Below are positions 39,894-52,000 of a stretch of 64,000 bases of DNA, one piece after another. Position numbers and translations under genes: made by a program. Every line of letters begins with the position of its first letter. Position 1 is the first letter of the stretch. The stretch comes from Ginglymostoma cirratum (Eukaryota): NCBI GenBank assembly GCA_024137785.1, contig JAHRHZ010000084.1, positions 6,736,321 through 6,800,320 on the forward strand, given 5' to 3'. Under the pieces are notes generated by a model. The model had not been told where the DNA came from and made no database searches. It saw nothing but the letters and a program-made list of their open reading frames with translations.

Positions 39894-40096
39894 TCAAGGA
39901 CACTCAGGACCCCTCTCCTTCTTACGGTGTTTCTTGTGTTTTGATGCAGCTCCATTAACATTTGGTCCAGCTCTTGGGTTCACAGCTGGCGTTGAACGAT
40001 TATCTTTTCTTAATCCTTGTTCTTTGCATTTGGGATTCATTGGTATTGGCTCAGAGCATCGAACACATTGTCTCGTTCGAATATTGCCTTTAGGAG
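39894..40096 (-). CDS. Exon 5, cytoplasmic tail APKGNIRTRQCVRCSEP...KHKKHRKKERGPECP*
   Basis: Acceptor tgtttttcttacAG, open phase-1 frame of 67 residues ending in TGA. Joining across the 9.4-kb intron is inferred. Confidence 0.72.
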
Positions 40097-43000
40097 CTGT
40101 AAGAAAAACACCATTAAATATAAGGAGCAGTATATCTGGAATGGAATTGGACAGTATCGGTCAAGATAAGGTGTTTGTTTTGTCAAATTAATGAATGGAC
40201 ACATTTTCTAAAAATAAATCATTTATATAGTAACTTTCACATCATCCCAAAATACTCCACGTCCTATGAAATACTTTTGCAAGTGCAGTCACCATTTTAT
40301 GAATACACACAACAGAGTTGCCTTTTGAACCAGTAATAACACAGTGATCAATTAATCTCCTGCAGCATTATTTCAATTTGATACCCAGCATTCATTATCT
40401 TTCATGACAAAGATTAATTCCCATTATTGAGTTCATGACAAATTGGTTTTTCACATGTTGTATCGCAGTTAACTAGAAAGATTCTGGGTGTATAATCTAC
40501 ACTGAAATATCATTGTGAGCAAGTGCTGCAATGTATGGTGTGCCATCATTGGGTGGCATGTTAAAAAAAAGCTTCATCTGCTCTGTAAGAGGCACATGAA
40601 AGATCCCAAAACACAATTTCAAGAAGAGCAGAGATGGTCTTACATGGCATATTACAAAACAGAAAATCTAGCCAACGCATAGCTTCAAACAAAAGCAAAA
40701 CACTACGGATACTGGCAAATCTGAAATGTAAACAAAAAGGCCCAAAGAAACTCAGAAGGTCTGGCAGCATCTGTGGAGAGAGAAACAGAGTTAATGTTTC
40801 AATTCTAATATGACTCTCCTTCAGAACTTCAAAAGAATCATATGGGAATTAAAACATTTAACTCCGTTTTTCTCTCTCGGGAAGCTGTCAGACCTGCTGC
40901 TTTTATGTATACATTATGAATGCATGCATTAACCTACAAACCAGATATCAATTTGTTTAATTTACAAAACAGAGGACCATTTCCATTTTAACAGATGAAT
41001 AAATGGCAAGTAACAGTCACATTATACAAATGCCAAGCAATAACCATCTCCAATAATGTGGTGGTGCCGGTGTTGGGGTGGACAAGTTCAGTAATCACAT
41101 GACACCAGATTATAGTCCAAACAGATTTATGTGAAATCACAAGCTTTCAAAGCACTGTTTCTTCGTCAGGTATCGTCTTCACCTGATGAAGCAGCAGCGC
41201 TCCGAAAGCTTCTGATTTCAAGTAAACCTGTTGGACTATAACCTGGTGTCATGTGATTTCTGACCATCTCTAATCAGAGAGCACCTAACCATCTCCCTTT
41301 GAAATACAAAGGCATTAGCATTAATTAATGTCCTACTAGCAACAACCTAGAAATTAATGTTGTCTAGAAACTGAACTGTACCAGCCACCTAAGTACTATA
41401 GCTAGAAAAGGAGATCAGAGGCTTGGAAGTCTGCAGCAAGGAACTCATCTCCTGACTCTCCAAAGCCTGTCCACTGTCTGCATCAGAGATAAAAGGTACT
41501 GCAGATGCTGGAGAATCCGAGATAACAAGGCGTGGGGCTGGAATGAACACCAGCAAGCCAAGCAGCATCATAGGAGCAGGAAAACTTGATGTTTCGGGCC
41601 TAGACCCTTCATCAGAAATGGGGGAGGGGAAGAGGGTTCTGAAATAAATAGGGAGAGAGGGGGNNNNNNNNNNNNNNNNNNNNNNNNNNNNNNNNNNNNN
41701 NNNNNNNNNNNNNNNNNNNNNNNNNNNNNNNNNNNNNNNNNNNNNNNNNNNNNNNNNNNNNNNTTGAGGTGGGAGGAGGGGATAGGTGAGAGGAAAAACA
41801 CGTTAGGGAGGTGGAGATGAGCTGGGCTGGTTTTGGGATGCGGTTGGGGGAGGGGAGATTTTGAAGCTTGTGAAATCCACATTGATCATCCAGCCCCCTT
41901 GACCTGTCCGTCCTCCCTGGACTGACCTATCTCCTCCCTACCCCCTCACCTACACTCACCTTTACTGGCTCCATCCCCGCCTCTTCAACTTGTCTGCCTC
42001 CTCTCCACCTATCCTCTCCTCTATCCGCCTCCCCCTCTCTCCCTATTTATTTCAGAACCCTCTTCCCCTCCCCCATTTCTGTTGAAGGGTCTAGGCCCGA
42101 AACGTCAAGTTTTCCTGCTCCTATGATGCTGCTTGGCCTGCTGTGTTCATTCAGCTCCACACCTTGTTATCTCAGACTGCAAATGTTGGCCGTATTAGTG
42201 ATGTCACATCCCATGAAAGAATAAAAAGCTAACATCTATATAAAAAGAAGCAATTATTTAAAAACCTCCGTTTTGCTGCTCAAGAATCTTTAAAGCATGA
42301 AGATTTCTACAAACATGAATCAAGGATATGCTGGCTAACATTCTTTAAGTTCTCCATACAACTACTACTATCATCATGGGACAAGTTTGTATTATGATGT
42401 CTGGCTTGGTTATCCATTCAATGTTCTCCAGAAATGCCAGATAGTGAACAGACCTTAGTGAGCAATTTGATGTAATATGCATGGCCACAACGACACTTCA
42501 CTCATAGACCACCAACTACTGGCTGCCTTGTCGATACCCAATGCAAATTTGGGAGATGAAGATCAGGGGCTTTTTGATGACCACCTATATTTGGCCTCCC
42601 TGTGTATGCAAATTCATTGGGAGTTTACCAGCTAATATCATCACTCAAACCTTTGATTCCCTCAAAGTTTAAAAATCTGTCTACCACAGCCTTGAATATA
42701 ACTAATGATCAAGTCTCAATAGCCCTCTGTGGTAGGTGCAGGAGAAAAACTAAATGCAACAATTAAAAATCAGACTACATTAATTACAAATATTAATTAT
42801 AATTAACTTGAGACATTTTGAGCTATGAGCCAATGGTAAATGGAACATTGGATATTTTTGATTCTACAGATTTTGACTGAAAAATGAATTAACAGCTGAA
42901 ATAAATCAGCTGTCATTTCAAACAAACCTATGGGATTTGGTTTCCATTCTGCGCATTCAATGGATTTTTATTTCATAACCTGAAGGAATGCAAAATAAAA

Positions 43001-46000
43001 TTTAAGAACAATACTGTGACAGCAGAAAGACCACTTTATAAATTGGTGAAAGAAGTTTACAGACTAAGACTCACTGCAGGATACAACTAAAGTTGGAGTC
43101 AGTAAAAGTGAAACAATCCAGTTTAAGGAAGTAGCAATTCGTCAATGTGAAAGTTGGCTTTCAAGTCCTTCTGATTTTTAAGAGGAAGCAAAGACTATGA
43201 GGGGTAGTGAGTTCCCACGGGTTCAGCTATTAGAATGAAGCAGTTAATAATGGAGGAATTGGTCATTTAAGGAAGGGGTTTCAGTATGAATGTTGGCTTA
43301 TTGGGAAATTAGGTTAAACAGATGAGAATACAGTAGACAAATAGCCATTGTAGTATCTTACAACGACAAACAAGTCAGAAAACAGTTGGACAGAAGAGGG
43401 AGAAAACAATGCCCTAAGAGGTTAAACTGTATGCCGAGACTTAAAGGAGGCTATTTTAATATAGCAATAGGATCGAATCCAAGATAATACTTAAAACATG
43501 GAATTGTTGAAGATAACATACATATTCAATCTGAAAGTGGACTTAACTTTCTTGAAAGCAACATTTCGCGCTCAAGTCTTACGGACTTAGTGAACAATGA
43601 AGATGAATAATTCAGTGCATGAAGGTCTACAGATTGAACAAGCAAGAGACTAGACTTTGTTTAATTGCAAGTAACATAAATAATAAAGTAGCTCTCTGAA
43701 CAACTGAGAACCAATTTACTTGCTGCACTGGAAGTTCTGTCATGAATTCATCTGCATAATTATTTATAAGAAATGTTGAGTTAAACAGGTGCAAAAGGTT
43801 AGTAATGGTGGGAGAGGAAAATTTATGTAACAGAGATTGAAAGGAACAATTAAGGGTTGTGTCACAATAGATGACAAATATTCAGAAAGCCAAGAAGCAA
43901 TTTCAAACACTTAGAAATCCTTGGCAAGACTTAGAGAAAAAGAATTAAGAAACAGTCTGAAAAATAAAGGAAAAGGGATCCCAGGTGTAGCATGACCCTG
44001 CAAGCAAATGGCAGGGATACTAACACCCACCCCTTCATTAGAATATATGGAATAGGAGCAGGAGTAGACTGTTTGGTTTCTCAAGCCTGCTCCAGCATTC
44101 AATAAAATCAAGATTATTCTGATTGCGACTTTAATTCCACTTCTCGACTACAAATCATTGTCTCCCGACCCCAATGAGTCAACTTGGCCATTAACGTTTG
44201 ACTGCCTCATAGATCAAAAGTCTGTCTAACTCAGTCTTAAGTATATTCAATGATCTAACCGCCACAGCTCTCGAAGTAAAGAATTCCAAAGTTTAGATTG
44301 CCTTCTGAAAGAAAAACAAATCTTCTTCATCTCCATCTTAAATGAAAAACCCATTACTTTTAAACTGTGACCCTTGTTCTTGATTCTCCTATGGGGGGGT
44401 AACATATCTTCAAGATCTAATATGTAAACCCACCCTCAGAATCTCATATGATTTAATATCATCACATTACACTCTTCTAAAATCCAATGAGAACAGTCCA
44501 ACCTGTTCAGTGTTCTGTCATAAAACAACTCTTATATACCAGAATTAAATTGAGTAAATCTTTTCTCTACTTCTTCCATTGTAAGTACATCCTGTGCTGC
44601 AACTGCCCAAAACTGAAGTTGACAAGAAGGCCACCTGGGGTTTTTTAGCTGACAAAAGATGGACAAACGGGTTGACAGTTACATTCAGCAGATGTTCACA
44701 GCCAGACTTGTGGCTTCTATTCAAGGTCACTGGATAGGTAGGACAATGAAATATCTCAGTGAGACAAGACAGAGGAGTGTTAGCAGTGAGGCAGCCCTGA
44801 TAAGGGAGGCACAGATGAGCAGCTTTTTAGCAAACTACTGTTAAAGCTCCATGTAATATAGAGCAAAAGGGGAATCTGGACCCATGCAGTTAAAAAAAAA
44901 AATTCAGGTAGTTGTAACTTACACAAAATACACTCTTAGAGATGTGTATTTGTACAATAATAGTGTTAGTTTTATTTTTACCATATTAGACATTCATGAA
45001 TTTAATTAAATTTCTGAAAACAGGCAGCTCTAAGCACACAAGCATTTTTGATAAGAAAGCATCCTTGAAAAATCTAGATGAGAGATGTTGAGTCACAACC
45101 AGTCTGAAGTTTATGGTTTAACAAAAGCCAAAAGAAAAGTATGATCCCAAAATAATCTAGCATGCTTGGGCAATAGTCATTACATATTAAACATAGGCGT
45201 ATGAGCAGTGTGAAAATAAAGGTGTAAACCTTAAAGTATCCATATAAGGATTTAATTGAATTCTTATAAGCAGCTAAACATAGCCAGTCAAAAGACATCT
45301 CCTCATGAGCAGGGAAGGCAGAGCAACAAATGGTGTAAACAATCAACCTCTAAGAGAGCAAAAAAGGTTGCAAAATGGAAAATAAACAATTGCAGCTTCA
45401 CAGCTCTGCATGCAAAAAGCTGTGAAAGTAATTGAATTTCATCCTTAGGAACGGAGTTTGACTATGTGCTAGTTGGTGGGCAAACTTATGTGAAAGGTAT
45501 TTGAAGTAAAGACAATGAGGGGAGGAGTGTGGGTGTCTTGAACCAACTCGCAGCTGCAAAATAAAAAGACTGTGTATGTTTGATCTCCCCACTTTGTTAG
45601 CCTTGTTCAAGAACTTCAAGATTCGGTGTAACTACATAACTTTATACACCTAACTAACTGTATATTTTAAGTGATAGTACAAATTTCAGAATAACTGGTA
45701 GAAATTACCATCCTTTTGTATCTTTTATATTGACAGAAGTAAAATAGTTTGCGTAACAGAATGTGAAAGGTCCTTAGTGATAAATTATTGTTAATTAATG
45801 CGATGCAGCTGGCAAGCACCTGAGAAGGAGTGTGGTAATCAGTATACTGAAATATGAATAAATGCAGCATCCATTGTAAGATTCCAAAGACAAGAGATAA
45901 AGATGTCTGGGAATGTCGTGAAATCATGGGAAGACCTTCAGCTGTCCACAGAGATGTCAATCACGGATTGTGTGTTTGCAGGATTGGATGCATAGACTGG

Positions 46001-49000
46001 GGGGACATGGCTAATAACGAGATCAATCTTGTATGTAATCGTTGTAATGCAAAATATTCAAAAATGCTGTACTTGAGTGGGAAGGGCAGAATGGACACTA
46101 TTCCACTCCCATGCTGCACGGTAAAGAACTCTGAATAAAGACTGACTTGTGCTGCTATATACAGGACTGGAGACTTCACTTTGACTTCTCTCTCTCCCCA
46201 ACATCCTGCTTAAGTAATGAAACCAAATTGTACACGGCACTCCATATGTCTTATCAGTACTTTGCACAGCTGCATCTAGACTTCGAGATAGTAAGAACTG
46301 CCGATACGGGAGTCTGAGATAACACAGTATGGAGCTGGAGGAATACAGGTGGTCAGGCAGGGTCCTGACCCAAATCGTCAGCTTTCCTGCCCCTCCCCCA
46401 TTTCTGAAGAAGGGTCTCTACCTGAAATGTTAGCTTTCCTGCTCCTCTGATCCTGCCGGGCCTGCTGTGTTCCTCCAGCTCCACACTGTGCTCTCTGCAT
46501 CTAGACTTCCGTACTTTTATAGCCCACACCACTTGTGATAACGGCTAACATTCTATTTGCCTTTCTAATTATCTGTTGTATCCATGCAGTAACTATTTTT
46601 GATTTGTACACACAAAAACTCAGATCCCTCTGTACCATAAGCATTCTGCAGTCTCTTTCCATGGAAATAATATTCTGCTATATGATTGCTGCCTAACTTG
46701 TGGAGATGTTGCATGAGATGGTCAAGAGATGACTGCCCCCTGTATTACATTATCATCTTTCCATAGACCAGCATTGCAAATCTACCATCTTTAAAAGGTG
46801 ACAATGCATTCCAGTAGCAGTGTAAAAAGTCTTCCATGTGCACCATTTTCAAAGCACTTCCACAGCTAGTCTTGCCCCATAGGCATCTGAAAATCTAATC
46901 CTTTGAATTGTATTCTATCCATGTGGAGAGAAGGCAAAACATTACTGTGCATTTAAATGTACTCACCTAATCTGGATGTTCTTGGTGCTTACAAAAGTTT
47001 TCTGTTCACTAACACACTTTACATTAATGAACTCAAAAGTAAATTGTATAAAATGTTAACTATGTATCCAAAAATGAGCTATTGCAGATTTATCAGAGAG
47101 AGCAAGAACTGTACATACTGAAGTCAGAGACCACACAGTATGGAGCTGGAGGAACACAGCAGGCCAGGCAGCATCAAAGGAGCAGGAAAGTTGATGTTTC
47201 GGGTCGGGACCCTTCTTCAGAGAACAGATTTATTATAGTTTTGAGGGTCATACGGCATGGGAATAGGCCTTTAGGTCTAACCAGTCCATGCCAACATAAT
47301 CCCAAACTAAAGTAGCCCCACCTGTATGCTGTCAGTCTATATCCCTCCAAACCTTTCCCATTTACGTAATTATCCAAACGTCTTTTAAATTATATTATTG
47401 GGCCCACATCCACGACTTGCTCAGAAAGTTTATTCCACATGCAAACCAACCTCTGTGAAACATTTGCCCCTACGTTTTTCTTTAAAATCTTTCTCCTCTC
47501 ACCTTAAAAATGCCCCTCAAGTCTTGAAAGCCTCTATCTTAGGGAAAAGACACCTAACATTAAAAACTGAAAGAACTGGGATGCTGTAAATCAGGCGCAG
47601 AAACAGAAGTTGCTGGAAGCTCAGCAGGTCTGGCAGCATCTGTGAAAATAAAACCAGAGTTCACATTTGGGTCCGGTGATCCTTCCTCAGAATCCAGTTC
47701 TGAGGAAGGGTCACTGAACACAAAACATTAACTCTGAATTTTTCTTCACAGATGCTGCCAAGACCTGCTGAGTTTCCAGCAACTTCTGCTTTTACACCTA
47801 CCATTAACCCTATCCATACCCCTCATTATTTTATAAAAACTTCTATATGGTCACCTCTCAGCCTCTTACACTCCAGTGAGAAAAGTCCCATCCTACTTTG
47901 TAACTCAAACCGAGCAATATCCTGGTAAATCGCTTCTGAAACCTCTCCAGGTTAATAATATCCTTCCTATCACTAGGCAACCAAAAGTGAACACTGTTTT
48001 CCAGAAGAGGCCTCACCAATGTCCTGTACAACCTCAAAATGACTTCCCACCTCCTATTATTCAAAGGGCTGAGCAATGAAAGCAAGTGTGTGAAAACATC
48101 TTTTTAATCACTCTGTCTAGATGTGATACAAACTTCAAGGAATTGTGTACCTTAACCCGTAGATCTCTCTGTTCTACAGCCCCACAATTAATTGTATAAG
48201 TCCGACCCCTGTTTGTGGTACCAAAATGCAATAGCTCGTTTTATCCAGATTGAACTGCATCTGCCATTTTTCAGTCCTCTAACCCATTTGATCAAGATCT
48301 GTCTGTAATCTTAAAAAAGCCATCTTCACTGCCTACTACACCACCAATTTTGGTGTTGTCTGCAACCATGCCTTCTATCATCTCATCCAAATCATTTTTA
48401 TTAATGACAAACAAAAGAGGACCCAGGAGCAATCCCTGTGGAATGCTGCTGGTGACAGGCCTCCAGTCCGAAAATCTACGCTCCACCACCACTCTCTGTC
48501 TCCTGCTGTTCAGCCAATTATGTATCCAATTGGCAAGCTCACTCTGAATCCCATGTGACCTAACTATACTGATTAGTCTATCATATCAAAGCTTGTTGAA
48601 GGCTTTATTCAAATCTAAATAGATAACATCTACTGCTCTGCCCTCAATGTTTTTGGTAGCTTCCTCTAAAAACTCAAATCAAGTTTATAAGACACGATTT
48701 TCCTCGCACAAAACAATGCTGACTGTCGCTAATCAACTTTTACCTCTAAGTATTTCCACAATAAACAAAAATGATACTGCTGGAAAACTGCATTTGCTAT
48801 AATGTAGCAAACAATATGTAATTTGTTTGTGAACACTTTGCTCTTACTTCCGAAGAAATTGCAAATATGTCTGCAGAGAACACAAGTATAACTTCACTAG
48901 AAGCTCTGAACAGAATAGGTCTTGGAAATGCGATTTGTCATTTGATATGTAACTATGACATGCTTCAATCCAACAGTAAATTTTCTTAACACATACTAGA

Positions 49001-52000
49001 GTAGTCAAATGTTGAATTATTATTTAAAAAGAAATCACATGATTAATTTGGATTCTTGTTTTTTTTCCCTATCTATCCTGCTTTTTTACAATCCTATTTT
49101 TTTACATTCACCCCTAACAATTTACCCACAACCAATTTCAGATACAAAGGTCTAAAGTTCCTGGTTTCCCTTACAATCCTTCTTAAACAAGGGTACAAGA
49201 TTAGCCAGCCTCAAGTCATCAGGGACCTCACCCATAGTTATAGATGATGCAAATATTTCTGCAAGAGGTCATGCAATTACTTCTCACAATGTTCTGGCAT
49301 AAATTAGTTTAGGTCTTATCCACCATTAATATCCTCTAAGACCTCCAGAACTTCCGCTTCTGTAATGTAAACTATTTTTTAAAACATCAAAATTTATTTC
49401 CCTGCCTTCTCTAGCCTCCCTTTCTCCAGAGTAAAACTTCTCAACTTGTTGTCTTTGTGTATTTGCATAACTCATTAATATTAAATCTAGAAGTTCTAAC
49501 TATCATGTAACTAGATGGCTACTTACCTTTACGTTTACAGCATTTACAACAAATGACCACCACAATAATAATCAGAAGGAATGAAGATATTGCTACACAG
49601 ATGTAGATCCACCAAGGAAGAAGAGATTCACTGAAACTAGGATCTGCAAGAAACACACAAAAAGAAAAAAGGTATTCAATTTTAGTAGAAACACACTGGT
49701 ATGTTAGAACAACAGATGCTTACTTAATTCAGACTCCAGGTTATTCTGATGGCACTTTACAGATGATATTGTGAACTTAAGTTGCCTGCACAATAACGGC
49801 ATGGCAGGCTTTACATCCAACATTCCAATGTGGGCCATAACAGTACTTCAAACATATATGCTTCCTCTTCAAATATGTTAGGTGTGTGTTTGAACATTTG
49901 AATGCAGTTCCTACACAGTTTGGTTCAGAATAGCAATAGATTGGTTATATCACATACAGAATCCATAAGACTAGAAGTGAAAAATTGGAGAATTGAACGC
50001 GTCAATGACTGCGCTCTTCAAAAGATGAGGTAAGAATTTTATTCTCTGCATCTTATCTACATCATATTTAACTTGGATATATTTGCACAAAAAGAAAATG
50101 TTATTCTTCAGAACATTCATCTTTGTTCAGTTAGAATAAGCTATCCTCAAATATGAAAAATGCAAAAATATTTCCACGATAAACAAAAATAATGATACTG
50201 CTGGAAAACTGCATTTGCAATAATGTAGCAAAAATATGTAACTTGTTTTGTGAACAAATTTAATTGCTCTTACTTTCAAAGAAACTGCAAATATGTTTTC
50301 AGAGAACACAAATCTCACTTCTCTAGAAGATCTAGAGAATAGAATAGATCTTGGAAATTTGATTTGTCACTTGAAATGTAACTACAACGTACACCAGTCC
50401 AACAGTAAATTTTCTTAACACATACTACAGTAGTCAATGTTGAATTATTAGTTATTTAAATAGAAAGCACATGATTGATTTGAATTCTTGATAATTCTTG
50501 ATAATCTCTCTTTCCATCTATCCTGCTTAATGAATTTATATATGGTATCTGTCGCAACCTTGGGATTTTGGAAGTGCTTTGCAGCCAGTTAAGGACATTT
50601 AAATATGCAGCCAATTTGTGCGCAGCAATGAGCACAGTGGAAAGTAAGCCAGGGCTATTGAAACAGAAATATGAATTTAAATTACACCACAGCTGCAGGA
50701 GAATTAGCATTCAATTAATCAATTAAATTTAACATAAAAATGATACCATGTAGTAACTTCTGGATTATCATAAAACCCCTACTGGTTCACCGAGGTCTTT
50801 CAGAAAAGGAAATAAGCCATCCTTTCCCTTTCTGGCTAATACGTACACCTAGATTAATGCAACTCATTCTTATCGTTTTAGAATATCATGGGTAATTTGA
50901 AATAAATATTGTCAGTGATATTCACATACTGTGAATGAAAAGCACGGTGAGGCTTCAGCTCATTGTGCTAACCTCTTGTTGACTTTTGATCACAGTGCAT
51001 TATCAGATCTGCCTGGAACTGCAGACCTATCAGCCTTACATCAGTAGTCAGGGAAATGCTACAATTAGAAAGTACATGAAAAATGAACACTTACATAAAA
51101 ATTCTTCGTTTGGTCGCATTCTGCATGGACAAATTTGTTGATTTTGTTTTGAGGATGCTGGTAGCAAAACTGGTAAAGGGGAGTCAATGTTTGTACTACA
51201 TTAAGATTAATGGTAAGGTCCCCCACAGACATTTAGTTTGAAAAATTAAAGCATATGGTACAGAAAGTAATGTACTGGCATGGAATTGAGATTATGTTCT
51301 GTGTTAGCCGATATAGGAAGAAGTGGGTTATTCTCAGATTGACAGACTGAGACGAGTGGGATACTACTGGGTCCAGCTGTTCACAATACAGAAAATGATT
51401 TGGCTATCTGAAGCGAACATAATATTTTCAAATTTGCAGATAATACAAAGCTAAGCAGGAACGTGTGTTAAGAGGAAGATATGAAACATTTTCAGGAGGA
51501 TTTGGTCAGGCTGTGATTGGGCAACAATGTGCCAGATGGAATAAAATGTGGAAAAAAAATCAGGTTATCAACTTTGGCAAGAAGCACAGGTGTGCAGAGT
51601 ATTTCTTAAATAGTGAGAGGTTGGAAAATGTAGATGTTCAAAGGTGACTAGCTGTCCTTGTCAATAAATCACTGACGGCTAACATGCAGGTACAATAAGC
51701 TTGTAGGAAGGCAGAAAGAACATTAGCAAGAGGATTTGAGTACTAGTGAATCTTTGCTTTAATTATGAAAGAATTTAGTTTAGATTATGGATGAATAATA
51801 AATGCTGGCCCAGCCAGTGACATCCTCATCCCCTGAATGAGGAAGATAAAAATGCCACACCTGGACTACCGTGTGCAGTTTTGGCCTTGTTATCTCAGGA
51901 AAGATAATATTTCCATTATGGGAGAACAACAAAGTGTTACCAGACTTGCTCCAGGATGGCTGAATTGTCTTATAAACACAGATTGGGCAAACTGGGCCTA

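Noticed and set aside
39853-40191. 112-aa plus-strand ORF
   Set aside because: It is antisense to the cytoplasmic exon of the V-C1 gene; the minus-strand reading has the proper acceptor and phase.
42850-43990. Possible retroviral gag relic (purine-rich stretch)
   Set aside because: No intact motif or LTR pair could be identified by eye.
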